Positions 50,801 through 63,852 of a DNA stretch of 64,000 bases are shown one piece after another. The DNA lies in the NCBI RefSeq assembly GCF_020745735.1, contig NC_083416.1, forward strand, positions 33,319,131 to 33,383,130, given 5' to 3'. The DNA comes from Hemiscyllium ocellatum (lineage: Eukaryota). The notes under the pieces were generated by a model that was not told the origin of the DNA, did not search any database, and was given only the letters and a program-made list of their open reading frames with translations. The position numbers and the translations under genes are program-made. Numbering within the stretch: position 1 is the first letter of the stretch; the number at the start of each line of letters is the position of its first letter.

Positions 50801-53800
50801 GAACTTTCTTTTCCATAAAAAAAAACAGGTGGTGTTTTCAGCTGCCTAGCTCACATTCACTGGATTTCCCATTCCTGAACACCACCTTTCTGCTCCTCTT
50901 ACTCAAATGATTAGGTTTTGAAAGAATAAGCTTTCACCATTCCAACCTCTCCTTTGGCCATTCTTTTGCTGTTTGCTTGTCTGCCTGTGAAGCACGCTGG
51001 GATGTTTTACTCCATTCAAGGAGCTACATAAATGCATGTTTGTTGAATAGTAAATCATCACCGAAAGTATTTAGTACATCATCAGTTGACAATTCAGTAA
51101 AAAAAATTGGTTGAAGTTGAAAATGTAAAATGATGAAAAGGAGCACTTTATTTAATTACTTTGCTGTATTTTAAATATTTACCCAGTCAGTTAGTTTTTA
51201 GGCCCTAGAATAACTTACAATAGTGTTTTTCACTCCGTTTCTACAGTCTAGTGTAACATTTTTTGTACCAGAAGGCAGCATCAAGTCTTTCCCTGGGTTC
51301 ATTTCAAATCTTCTGCCTTGCTTGCAGAGTTTTTCTGGTCTAAGATGCTTACCTAGAGTTATCTGGATCTATTGCACTAACCTGTTGAGCACCTAAATTT
51401 CCCTACCTGTAGCCAAATATGGCACCACTGCAAACATAGACTCTCTCTCCCTAGAACTTGAACCCACGAGTCTTCAGGACTCCAGTAAGAGAGAATCATA
51501 GAATCCCTATAGTGGAAACAGGCCACTCGGCCCAACAAGTCCACACCAACTCTCAAGAGCATCCCAGCATCCCACCCAGGACAGGCATTCCTCCTCCTCC
51601 CTTTCCCCCCCCCACCCCGTAACCCTGCATTTCCCATGGCTACTTCATATAACCTATACATCCCTGGACACTACAGGCAAATTAACATGGCCAGTTCACC
51701 TAACCGCACATCTTTGGACTTTAGGAAGATACTGGAGCACCTGGAGGAAACCCACAGATACAGGGAGAATGTCTGTGTGGAATTTGCACAACTGCCCGAG
51801 GCTGGAATTGAGCCTGGGTCCCCAGCGCAGTGAGGCAGCAGTGTTAACCACTGTGCCACCCCTAACACACTACTATCCATGGTCTGATATACTTTAATTA
51901 AATTTTGGCACAACCTGGCAATATAGTAGTCAACTGTTTAATTTTGCTGCCTACTCCACAAATCATACTTTAGTGATGGATCCACTTAGTCTTGAATATT
52001 AGATTGCTGTATAATCTCTTCATAGGAGCAAAGATGAACTACTTCCACCATTTTTCCTCATAACAGTACTGTGATCCAAACATTCACATTACACATATGG
52101 CCTTAATTTATTCATGGAATTACAGAAAAAGGGGGGAGAACCAAAAGGAAGAATCAGCAGAGAAATCTATTCTGCCTTGAAATGCACACCTGTGTTCATT
52201 TATAAAGGTATCCACAACTTTAATTCTCTCAAGTCCCTCTAAAAACAGGAAAATCAAACCAGGAGGAGATGGGGAAATATGTTGTTTGAGTGTGGAATTT
52301 TTTTTACACAGGCTACAACATTTGGAAATGAACAGTTTACCAGAAAGATTTGTTCACGAAGAGTGGGAGATATGGATTAAAAAGTGCTCACAATCATTTT
52401 GGGTGAAAAATGTATAGATATTAACGCTAGAAGAAAATGCTCTTATTTATACAGTAATTAAATCGTGCCACATAATTTAAAAATTTCATAATCATAGGCT
52501 ACTTCAGTACTAAAAGGCACAATAGAGAAAAGACAAAATGAAAATTACACTGCAAAGTGAAAAAAAATTATTTTCTGCCCTTTTCAGTTAAATGACAATG
52601 TTATAGAAAATGAAGTAGTTTTTACCATCAATGTGTAAACTATAATGAAAGTGAATACCCTCACTTTGTCAATGTGTCATGTTAATATGCAGGATTAAAT
52701 TCTAATTTTGAAAAAAATCAAAAGTTGATCTATCTCGGACTTCGAAGTAAGGCATGATGTGTCAAATACATAAGATTCCAATGAATTACAAGTTCAACTT
52801 TTTAAAAAAGTAACTGTCTTGACCTTAAAGATAGTATCAACATTTTCGATTACCTTCATTGCAGATAAAGTAGAGTACTTCAAGTGAACTCGGTCCAATA
52901 AAAAAGTTATGAAAGTTAGGGCTTCTAATAGCTACGTTTTGCAACACCATTAAGATTTTCTACTCTTGGTGAATGTCACATTTTGGATCAACATCTTTTG
53001 AATGTTTTTTTCGCGAGATACCATTATTTTGAATCTATTATTGAATATTGGATATATTTTTGTGCAGTCAATACCATTTACTGTTTGACAAACTTGGTAT
53101 CTTGGCACTGCTCCATTTATTTTTATTGGGAAGTGATGCTTATGGATTTAGTGAGCAGCTTAATATTCTTTTATAAAGCCTACTCTTGATGTAAAATTAC
53201 TGCTCAAGGCATATTGTTAGTGGATTTATACACATTATTATAAAAGTACAAAACTTAAGTGGAGTTTTAAAGATGCAAGATGAAAGGATGGGAAACATAA
53301 TTAAAAATGTCAGGACAAGCAAAATGTATGTGCTTACATAAACATATGCTCACATAATAAGCATAGTTTCTGATGTTATTGAATAACCAGTCCTTCAAGT
53401 TAATCTGGAGAGCAAGTACTAAAGGATTAAACTGATCATAGGTATTTTGGTGGTATTTTTATCTCTATAGAATAAATTTGCTACTGTTCTTAAATTTTAA
53501 CTTACACAATAGGTTTCCAAATCTAAAAAAGGTTCTTCTTGGTTTATGTTTTCATAATACAAAACATATCACTGGTGTCTTCATTCCATCATTAATACTT
53601 CTTTAAGTGGCTAAAGCATCATTCAGATCAGAAAGTGTAACATGTGAGTTCTGGTCAGTTGAGCCAAAAAAATGGGATCTCAACAGACACAGATAATTTG
53701 GCCTTATTATTTCTAGGTAGGGAGAAAGGTAATGTCAAATCAGTTAGGCTTCTTTCGTTTGATTCCTTTATGGCAGAATGTCTGTACAACCAACAATTGG

Positions 53801-54670
53801 GGCATGGTCAGACTCAGTTTCATAGTCAATAGCAAAAGAAAAGAAATGGCTGCAAGGGTGAGAGAAAGATATTTCATCAAGACTCAACATCTATTGACAG
53901 GGAAACAAAACAGAACAGGAAGAAACAAAGGAAAAGTTTGCAATAATTTACAAATTCATATCTTTTTAAAAAAAAGTTATTCACTTTTAGAACAGCTGTT
54001 TTTGATCTATGCCAGCACAGAAACATATTTTCTTTGTCTTAGGATGCTTGACCCTATTTGCTAGTTATTGCATGGTAGGTAGTGATATTATATTTGTTAC
54101 TGCACAAAACCTTCATTTAAAAAGTAAAACTGAGTTACCCTATTAACAATGTAAAATTAAACCAGATAAATCTAGCTTTTTGAGTAAAACACTTCAGGTA
54201 TGATGAAGACAAAAAGCTCTGAGTTATAAAATGAAATACATTTTAAAATCAGTATTCTACCTTTAACCAGCTAAAAAAACAGATCCATTAATTACTGCTA
54301 GAAGAATTTTTTCAGATACATTTTTGCAAGAGTAATTTCACAACTGAGTCTACACATTTATTTTTTAAATCTATAACAACCTATTGAAAAATTAACTTCC
54401 TCTGCATTACATATTTAAGCAGGAGCCTCTCTCTCCTCTCAAAAACATTTAAAAAAAGATTTATCAAATATCATTGCTTAAAAAAACTCTACAGGTCCTA
54501 ATCCATCTCACAATATTGCAACATGATTAGAAATATACAGAAACATACGTCAAAACAAAGTAATTTAGTTAAAATGGAGAAATTATTTCAGTGTTCTTTG
54601 AATCAACATATTCAAGTTTCTCAAGCTAACAATGAAGAGCAGTTTTCTTGTATTTGGTCATAGTCGAACA
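47860..54670 (-). other. SLC26A2: Putative long 3' UTR / 3' flank of SLC26A2
   Basis: AT-rich stretch of about 6.8 kb directly after the stop codon, with only one clear SINE. Several minus-strand AATAAA sites (TTTATT on +, near 54357, 53122, 51147, 47865). The 3' end cannot be fixed from sequence. Confidence 0.4.
51490..51862 (-). mobile_element. HE1-type V-SINE
   Basis: tRNA head gggtggcacagtggttaacactgctgcctcac, V-domain and ctatgattct tail. Confidence 0.88.
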
Positions 54671-56200
54671 TTAACAGAAGGTGTTTGCTTCCCAGTCACC
54701 ATTCTTTTGGTGTACGTTCGATGCAAACATGACAGCATCATGAATACTGTAAAATACCAGACTGTGGATGTTACCATTTTCGAAATAGCCTCCTTTGCGA
54801 AGGCTATCAATAACACAGGCATTACAATTTGACAGGAGAATTGAGATTCCAATTTGTTTATAATCTTTAAAGACTTCCTTCACTGCAGCTATACCTGCAG
54901 TATCCAAGAACTGAATAACTGAGCAATCAATGATAATTGTATGGAATTCAAACTCTTGCTTGGAAAGTTGCACCGTGACTTCGGTCTTGATGGAAGTACC
55001 AGAATTTTCTGTCACTTTGTGCTCCAATTCCCGACTTACTTTCCTTTCTGCTTTCTTCTTTGCTACAATTATTAGAGTGGGGTCAACTCCAGTGCGTTTG
55101 TACAGGGACCTCTTGAAGAATTCTTTGTTTGCATAGTACAATGGAGCCTCAAATCTAAATATTTTGATACCAGTCAAATTTTGAAGATTTTTATATCGTC
55201 CTAAGTCTTCATAAATGTCTGTTCCCTCTAGATGGCCAAGTGTAGTGGCTCTTGGTACTTGTGTTCGCACAATGACACAGATCACAGAAAAGCTAACCCC
55301 AATCAACAGTCCTATTTCTGTGCTGATTAAGGCCGATGATAGCATTGTGACAAACCATATGACAGTGTCCACCTTGTTCACTTTCCACATTCTGGGCAAG
55401 TCAATGAATTTTCTTAAAGCACCCCGAAGATTTACAATAGTTATGACACCCAAGACACATTTCTGAAGGGAGTAGAAAAGAGGTGCAATCACAAGTAGCA
55501 CAAGGAGAAGCACTAAAGCAGTCACTATACTTGATAATTGTGTCTTGCAACCTGTGGACTCTTTCACAAGAGTTTTTGCCAGGGCAGCACTGGTTGTGAA
55601 GCAATGAAAAAATGCTGGAATAATGTTACAGGTGCCGATAGCAAACATTTCTTGATTGGCTCTAACAGTATACCCATGCTTCTTGGCAAACATTTCTGAA
55701 AGAGAAACAGTAATTGCAAACCCAATGATAGCAATTGGAAGGGCATCTGCAGCGACTCGAGGTATCAAGCTCCAGTCTGGAGAGGTGGGAACCATGAATC
55801 CAGTGGGAATGTTTCCGGCAATAGTTGAATTATACTTCTCATTCAAATGCCCATAATGAGAGACCAAGGTAGCAACAACTACAACCAGAAGCTCACCTGG
55901 AATTGGTGCTTTTAACTTTGATTTATAACATTCATTTATTTCTTTTAAAGGCACTAGAACAAGAAGGCATAATGCACTGGTTATGACATCACAGACGTTA
56001 GTTCTATGGATATTTTTAAAAATGTACACCCAGGTTTGCACAAGTGAACCAGGACCATGGGCACGTGGAATGCTGATCCCAAGAAGGTATTTTACTTGTG
56101 ACGTAAGTATGGTGAATGATGCTCCAGTGGCAAATCCACTAAGTAAGGAATCAGACAAGTACACTGATATAAAGCCCACTTGGAAGATGCCCATGGCAAT
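54671..56200 (-). CDS. SLC26A2: SLC26A2 last coding exon (TM core plus STAS domain), 509 codons plus stop
   Basis: Acceptor ttgcttccag|ATT GCC ATG joins GVYQ|[10 protein letters not shown], as in the mammalian gene. Motifs [34 protein letters not shown] and [21 protein letters not shown] are present. Spliced product is 713 aa. Confidence 0.97.
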   Translation of the reverse strand: MAMGIFQVGFISVYLSDSLLSGFATGASFTILTSQVKYLLGISIPRAHGPGSLVQTWVYIFKNIHRTNVCDVITSALCLLVLVPLKEINECYKSKLKAPIPGELLVVVVATLVSHYGHLNEKYNSTIAGNIPTGFMVPTSPDWSLIPRVAADALPIAIIGFAITVSLSEMFAKKHGYTVRANQEMFAIGTCNIIPAFFHCFTTSAALAKTLVKESTGCKTQLSSIVTALVLLLVLLVIAPLFYSLQKCVLGVITIVNLRGALRKFIDLPRMWKVNKVDTVIWFVTMLSSALISTEIGLLIGVSFSVICVIVRTQVPRATTLGHLEGTDIYEDLGRYKNLQNLTGIKIFRFEAPLYYANKEFFKRSLYKRTGVDPTLIIVAKKKAERKVSRELEHKVTENSGTSIKTEVTVQLSKQEFEFHTIIIDCSVIQFLDTAGIAAVKEVFKDYKQIGISILLSNCNACVIDSLRKGGYFENGNIHSLVFYSIHDAVMFASNVHQKNGDWEANTFC

Positions 56201-57775
56201 CTGGAAGCAAAATTAAGAAAACAATTATAAATGGCATAACAGTCAGAGAGCTGGAAATAATTGAGAGTTCCTATGTTTGCATCGTGGTTAATGTGCTGTA
56301 TTTTGCATGCCCTTCATTTCCAACAGTCTTTACACTATGGAACTAAGTAATCAAGTGTCACATTCTGTTAAAACCTCTTTATTTAAACAAATACATGCTG
56401 GAAATGAAACAAAAAAAACAGAAAATGTTGTAAATGCTCAGTTAATTAATACCTGTAAAAAAAAGATAATTGACACAGTTATTTATCTATACAAGTTATA
56501 CACAGCACAAAAGAGGTTTAAGCATGCAATAGTGGCTATTGTTAACAGTTCGTGGGAAATCTTAATTGATTGCATTGACCTTCATGTCGTTACTGCTACA
56601 AATAGTAACATTTTTGTCCGAACAGTACAATGGGAATCACAGCTTGTACTAAGGCATTATTTACTGTGCTCAGTTTACCTTTAACTGAGTTTAAGTCATA
56701 CAAGTCAACGTTCTAGTAGCACTTTTCTCATTTGTGAGGTAGATTCAGAAAAAAAAAAGTCAAGTGGAATTATAGACAATTATTTTGTTGAATCTCCTCA
56801 AATGTCTTTTGAGAAAAGCTGTTGTCTTTTTTTTAAAAAAAAGGTTTTATACATACACAGCAACAATGCCAACATTGTTGCTTCACTAACATGAAGTGAT
56901 CCAACATTCAAAAAATGGATATGGCTTCACATAATTAGAATTCATAAGTTTGCAACCAGCAAAACTGAGTTCAAGTCGCATACCAGTAACTGCACACAAA
57001 ATCCAGTGTGAAAAATCTGCTGATTACTAAGACAGTGCTATACTTCCAGAAATTCCTTTTAATGGATGGGACGACCTACATGTCCACAAGTGAACATTAA
57101 ACATCCATTTCACTATTTTGAGCAAGGAAGTTACTCCCAGGTGTTAGCTGTCCCTCAATTAAAGTTGAAAGCAGACCCATAGCTGATCATCATATTGTTG
57201 CAGGTTGGAGTTTGCTCTGTATATATTGTAGGAGATATGGCAACCATTATAACACTGACTACACTTCAGACTCCTGTTTCTTTTTTAATGAAATTATTGA
57301 TTAACCCTGTCTAATTATACATTCCCAAGTCTAACATAGCATGTTCAATAGTTGGCTCCACAACATATGGAAAACAGTCAGAATGCAATTTATGAACTCA
57401 TCCTAAAAGCTATTTGTTAATTTGATTTGTCCAACCATATGAAGTTTAAAGTTGATATGATTATTGAAGTGCTTTTTCTTAGAAGATTAATCACAAATTA
57501 TAGTAATGTTCTATCCTACAGCGTAACTATTATGGGGGCTATGCACAATTCCAACTAATGATTTATATTGTTTATTTCTTATTTCCACCTAATCCGATTC
57601 TACACCTTGCTCTGAGCTAAGATCATGTCTCACTACTATACTGATGTCATTTTTTTCACATTGATACATGATCTCCTTTTCTAGCGTTTTATTATCCTTG
57701 AATATTCAGCTCCCAACCATGATGATCTTGCAAATAATTTATATACTGGTTAACATGAGCACTACCTTATCAAGG

Positions 57776-58375
57776 TCATAGAGATGTACAGCATGGAAAC
57801 AGATCCTTCGTCCAAGTCATCCATGCTGACCAGATAGTCTAAATTAATCTAGTCTCATAATCCAGCACTTGGCCCATATCCCTCCAAACCCTTCTTATTC
57901 ATATACCCATCCAGGTGCCTTTTAAAGTGTTGTAATTGTACCAACCTCCACCATTTCCTCTGGCAGCTCAATCCATACATGCACTACTCTTGGCATGAAA
58001 AAGTTGCCCCTTAAGTCTCTTTTAAAATCTTTCCCCTCTCACTCTAAAAACCTAGGCTGTCTAGTTCTGGACTCCCCCCACACCAGGGAAGAGGCCTTGT
58101 CTATTGACCGTATCCAGGCCCCTCATGGTTTTATGAACCTTGAAAGGTCACCCCTCATCCTCTGAAACCCCAAGGACAAACAGCCTATTCAGCCTCTCCC
58201 TTCAGCTCAAACCCTCCAACGTTGGCAACATCCTTGTAAGTCTTTTCTAAACCCTTTCAAGTTTCACAACATCCTTCCTGTAGGGGGGAGACCAGAACTG
58301 CACACAACATTCCAAAAATGGCTTTACTAATGTCCTGTACAGCTGCAACATGACCTCCCATCTCCTATACTCTAT
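57776..58375 (-). mobile_element. CR1 3' fragment in the SLC26A2 intron
   Basis: Homologous to 8331-8858 and 30998-31432. Older CR1/SINE debris lies at about 57000-57770. Confidence 0.9.
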
Positions 58376-60009
58376 GTTGGATTGATTTATTCTTTTATAA
58401 AATGGGTAAGAAATCTAAATTGCATGAAAATTCAGCTTAAAATCCAATTTGAACTTTTGTTTGTATTGGAATGGATAACAGAAAAAGGTAATTAAAATAT
58501 AACGACCTGATAAAGGGGATGTGAACAGCCCTTGCCACTATAATAACGTAAACCTGCCAACAACTTGCAGTGTCCACAAGTGCTGCCGAGATTGGAAATC
58601 TGGAAGGTGCCTTCAGAAATACTGCTCTACAGTGTAGGGGCAACAATCCTCAATGATTTCACTGCCAAATTAATATAATGTAAACTCACAAAAATTAGAA
58701 TACTTCCTCACTAAAAGATGGCTGGGAAATGTAGAAGTAAGTACACTTTTAGAAGGCAATGATAACAGATCCTGCAGTAAATAATCTCACTGGCCATAAA
58801 AGTTTAATTTACAGGACTAAATCCCATTCTTCCAGAAATTAGAGATGGAAATGTAAAATCTTGAAATCAAACAGCAATTTAGAAGGCAACCATTTGCTCC
58901 ATTAAACCCATTTTTTTTCTCCAAAGCTTTGTTTCTTTTATCATTGTGTTGATCTTTTCTTTCCCAATCCTGGCATATTTTTCTTTATATGAATTAAATT
59001 TAACTCCAAACCCATGCTTTATAGCACTTGGCTTAGACTTCGCATGTCTCAATGAGGATTCCAAAATATGAATGATTGTTGAGATGATTGCTTCATGCCC
59101 TATTCTGTGCTTATCTAGAAGATGTGGCAATGGGTAATGATGATAGATTTGAGCATGTTAGTTTTAGAAAACTAATGAAAACTCTTTTGTGGGCCACTGT
59201 AAGCAAGACGCTCGGGCGGGGCGGGGGGTGCTAGGAATCATTCCAATGGGGCTTTGTTTATATCAGTAAAGTTATTAAACCCAATCTTAAAATTTCCACC
59301 ATTATTGTACTCAGGGATTTGTGAGCATAAATCAATTATATGGCTTATGATTACAATATTTTCAGTGCAGATCATGCAGGCAAGTATAATCATGCATTAG
59401 TCGATCTTTTACGGTTATCCAAACAAATTCTGCCTGATCTAAATTTCTTTGTGATGCCAAAACAGACCCATCTCCAAATTATACAACCTTGTATACTTTT
59501 GAGCCTCACTGATCCCCATATTTTAACTTCTTGCAAATGCACTTGCTCAGGGGCAGTGTTAAAATTATGACCAGATTTCCTGGTACAGCTTGAGAAAAGA
59601 TTTTTGGTGTTTTGTTCAGTTTTGCTGAGAACTTATTTTCACCAACCCTCATGAAGACTGGCAGTGTATTTCCTGTTTATATCCTGCATTTTATCACAGC
59701 AGTACTTGTCACCTTAAAATAGGAACTGCTGCCTTAAGTGAAGGCTCTCAAACACACTGTGCCTAATGTTCATAAATGAAACCCAAATAAGTTGAAACTT
59801 CAAGCTTTCACTAAAAGTTCCATGCCTTTTCTGTCCCCAATTTTCTATTCAACCATATTCTAATGAGGAGGTTTAACTGTAAGATAATTAGCAGAATTGA
59901 TGTAATTTTAGTTCTAACTCTCATGGAATAAGTTTCAAACCTATCAAGTAATCATTATATTGTGCATACAGTAAGCATCAATTTAGATTTAGATAAGTAT
60001 TCAACTTAC

Positions 60010-60621
60010 CTGATAGACTCCAGCCATAAATGTCAAAGTGGAGCCAACGCGAATGGCAAAACAACTTCTGTCACAAAAATCTGTGGACTGGTTAAACATT
60101 TCTGATTGGGCAGTTTTATTAACATCATTGAGGTCAAACCCAAAGTACTGAACTTCTCGATCCACAACCTGGCCAATCATTAAGCAAAGCACACCAAAGA
60201 TACCAACTGAAATATGCCTTGATGTTCCCATCAGAAAGTAGATGATGCAGGCAAAGAATGATGTGTAAAGCCCATATATTGGTTCCTGCCCTGCAAGCAA
60301 TGAATAGGCTATTGACTGAGGGACAAGTAGGATGCCCACAATCAGTCCAGACATAATATCACCCAAAATCCATTCTTTCCATTTGTACTTTGGAAACCAT
60401 CGTATAACAGGAAAGAGATCAACAAAAAAGTCTTTTGCCTTTGTTGGGGTGCAAGAACAGCACTTCTTCAGCTTTTTCACTGCAATCTTCTTCACATCTA
60501 ATGCTTTCCTTTCTTGCTCTTCCAATATAACGGGAGAATATTTCCTGTTTTTCGCATTGACAGAGGGTGGTGTACTGAGAACCAACGTGCTGTCAGCATT
60601 ATTAGCTTCCAAGGAAGTCAT
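60010..60621 (-). CDS. SLC26A2: SLC26A2 (DTDST sulfate/anion exchanger), first coding exon, 204 codons
   Basis: Translation [37 protein letters not shown]...[19 protein letters not shown] matches SLC26A2 as I recall it, rather than SLC26A1 (VPQAIAY, LQPIYSLY). Phase-0 donor CAG|GTAAGT at 60010/60009. Candidate acceptor tttgtttag at 60635-60634, 12 nt before the ATG. Confidence 0.96.
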
Positions 60622-60811
60622 TCTGCAATTTGTCTAAACAAATAGAACGAATTAGTTAGTCTTGCTTATGCTCACTGAAGTAGCAAATCTCAACATATGT
60701 ATGTAGCAAGGGATTACATTATCAAGTTTGATCAAATAGGACAGGCAATATACTGACTATTGTGAACCATAATCATGCAGTTGTCTTCCTTCCTTAAGAA
60801 ATATTTAACTT

Positions 60812-61311
60812 ATGGATCTAAGTTTGCTCACTGAACTGGAAAGTACATTTTCAGACATTTTGTCACCATACTAGGTAACATCAGTGAGCCTCTGATGAAG
60901 CATTGATGTTATTATCCGTTTTCTATTTATTTGTTTAGGTTTCCTTGAGTTGGTGACATAAATTTTACATCCTTTTTTACCTCAGACGGTAGTAAATGGG
61001 GTCCAAGTCGATGTGTTTGTTGATAGAAGCATGGTATTCCAACCAGAACTCTATCAACAAACACATCGACTTGGACCCCATTTATCACCCTCTGAGAAAA
61101 ATGGGAAATGACAACAACACAGGAAATGACATCACCAACCCAAGGAAACCTAAACACAAATAGAAAGTGGATCATAATGTCAGTGCTTCACCGGAGACTG
61201 ACTGATGTTACCTCGTATGGTGACAAAACGTCTGAAAATGAACCTTCCAGATCAGCGAGCAAACTTACATCCAGAACCTCAACCTGAGCTACAAATCTTC
61301 TCAAAACACGC
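60812..61311 (+). mobile_element. Old fold-back PLE (family C/D-like) upstream of the first SLC26A2 coding exon
   Basis: Inverted arms at about 60815-61028 and 61049-61273. ORF C-terminus EAWYSNQNSINKHIDLDPIYHPL. Tail aacctcaacctgagctacaaatc. Degenerate TSD aatatt(t/a)a. Confidence 0.85.
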
Positions 61312-61504
61312 TAATATTAAATTTCTCAACTAACCAGACTATGTCTGCAACCAAGAAGCAAAAGGATATTAAAAAACTGAAACAAAAAATTCTATCATTT
61401 GGCAAGAACACGCACTGATTTTCAATACGCCCTTCAGAAGTCTAAGATAAAATAATGATTTACACATTTTTATAGCATTAAGTTTACAAATAATGTGCAT
61501 AAGT

Positions 61505-62940
61505 TCATAAAATACAGAAGCAGAATCAGACCATTTGGCCCATCAAGTCAGTATTGCCGATTGATCATGGCTGATATGTTCCTCATTCCCATTTTTCTGC
61601 CTTCTCTCCACAACTCTTCAACCCATTACCAATTAAAAATCTGTCTAACTCCTCCTTAAATTTACTCATTGTCCCAGCATCCACCACACTTTGGGATAGC
61701 AAATTCCACAGATTCACAGCCCTGAGAGAGAAGTAGTTTCTCCTCAACTCAGTTTTAAATTTGCTAATCCATAGTCTTATTCTCTCATCCTAGAATGCCC
61801 CACAAGAGGAAACATCTGCTCCAATTCTATTTTATCCAAACATTTTATCATCTTGAATACCTCAACTTGATTTCCCCTCATTCTTCTAAATTCCAGACAG
61901 TATTGGCCTGAACTGTTTGATCTTTCTTCATTCGACAAACCCTTCATCGCTGGGATCAATTTCATGAACCACCTCTGAACTGTCTCCAATGCATTTCATC
62001 TTTACTCAAATAAGCAGACCAAGACTGTGCACAATACTCTAGGTGCAGTCTCAGCAATGCCTTGTATAGTTGCAATAATGGATCCTTATCTTTATATTCT
62101 ATTCCTTCAGCTATAAAAGCCAACATTCCATTCGCTTTCTTTATTATCTGCTGTATCTGCATGCTCATTTCTGGTGACTCATGAATGAGTATACCTAGAT
62201 TGCTCTGCATCAGACCACCCCATTGAGATAATAGGTCGCCTTCCATTTTTTTAACTCAAACACATGACCTCACACTTCTCAGTGTTCAACTCCATCTGCC
62301 ACATTTGGCCCACTCTCCTAACCTAGCTATATCCATTTGTAAGGTTCTCATTTCTCATTGCAACTGACCGGCCTGCCTATTTTTGTGTTGGCTACAAATC
62401 TGGCTATCGAGCCTTCTATCCCTGTATTCGCATTGTTAATGCAGATTGTAAATAGCTGGGATCCAAGGACTGACGCCTATGGCACCCCACTAGTAATATC
62501 TTGCCATCCAGAGAGAGAAAAAAATTATCATGACTCTCTATCTTCAGTCCATCAGCCAGTCATCTATCCAGGCTAAAGTTCCCCCTAATCCCATATGATC
62601 CCATCTTGTGATTAACCTTTTGTGCAGCACCTTATCAAACACCTTCTGCAAGTCCAGATAAATTACATCTACCGCATTCCCATTATCCAACTTACTTGTT
62701 ACATCTTTGAAGAACTCTAGCAAATTAGCCAAACATGATTTGCCTCTCATCAAACCGTACTGACACTGATGGATAGAGTTTGACTTTCCAAATGTCCCTT
62801 ATATCGTGTCCTCAACAATTGATTCTAACACTTTCCCAACAAATGTTAAACTAATTGGTCTGTAATTTCCCACATTTTGGTTACCTTCCTATCTGAATAA
62901 GCACACCATATTAGCCATTTTCCAATCCACTGGAACCTTT
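61505..62940 (-). mobile_element. Old CR1 ORF2 3' half
   Basis: GKSCLANLLEFF..YLDLQKVFDKV and LLRLHLEYCAQSWS, followed by the 3' UTR. Confidence 0.88.
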
Positions 62941-63034
62941 GTGCATGATGTTTTATTTTCTAAAAATATTTTAAAATGTTTAATACTATTTCATCATAGT
63001 CTAATGAGATTCAGTAATCAAGCAAATCTAAGAG

Positions 63035-63852
63035 TACATAGAGATCTTGATCAGATGGGCCAATGGGTATTAGATGCAGTTTAATTTAGATAAATGAGGC
63101 AAGATTTACATCGTTAATGGCAGGGAGTTGGGGTGTACTGTCAAACAGAGGGATCTATGGGTGCAGGTTCATAGTCCCTTGAAAGCAGTGTCGCATGTCG
63201 TCAAGTTGGTGAAGGCAGCGGTAGACATGCTTGCAGTCATTGGTCAGAGCATTGAACTTCAGAATTAGGCTATCATGTTGCGGCTATACAATACATTGGT
63301 GAGGCCACTTTTGGAATACTGAGTACAATTCCAGTCGCCCTGCTGTAGAAAGAACATTGTTAAACTAAAAAAGGTGCAAAAAAACTTTCGAAGCTGCTGG
63401 GACTAGGGAATTTGAGTTACAAGGAGGGTTTGGATAGGCTGGGACTTTTGTCCCCTGGAGCAGAGGCTGAGGGGTGACCATACAGAGGTTTAAAAAACCA
63501 TGTGGGGCATAGATAATGTGATTACCAAGGTCTTTTTCCAAGGGTAGGGGACTCCAAACCTAGAGAGGATACAGGTTTAAGCGAGAGGTGAAAGATTTTT
63601 TTTAAAGCAAGGACCTGAGCAACAATTTTTTCTTACAGAAGGGTGCGTGTGTGGAATGAGCTACCAAAGGAAGTGGTAGAGGCTAGTATACTTACAACAT
63701 TTAAATGACTTTTGGACAGATACAGGAATAGAAAAGATTTAGAGGGATATGGACCAAATACAGGCATATGAGACTAGTTTAGTTTGCCAACATGGTCCAA
63801 TTCATCTTTGTTGACCAAAGGGCCTGTTTCTGTGTTGTGTAACACTCTGACT
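63035..63852 (+). mobile_element. Decayed CR1 3' fragment
   Basis: ttggtgaggccacttttggaatactg (LVRPLLEY) and the CR1 3' UTR gaccaaagggcctgtttctgtg. Confidence 0.85.

Noticed and set aside
54930-56216. Plus-strand ORFs overlapping the SLC26A2 exon, and similar antisense ORFs over CR1 RT
   Set aside because: These are antisense shadows of real coding frames.
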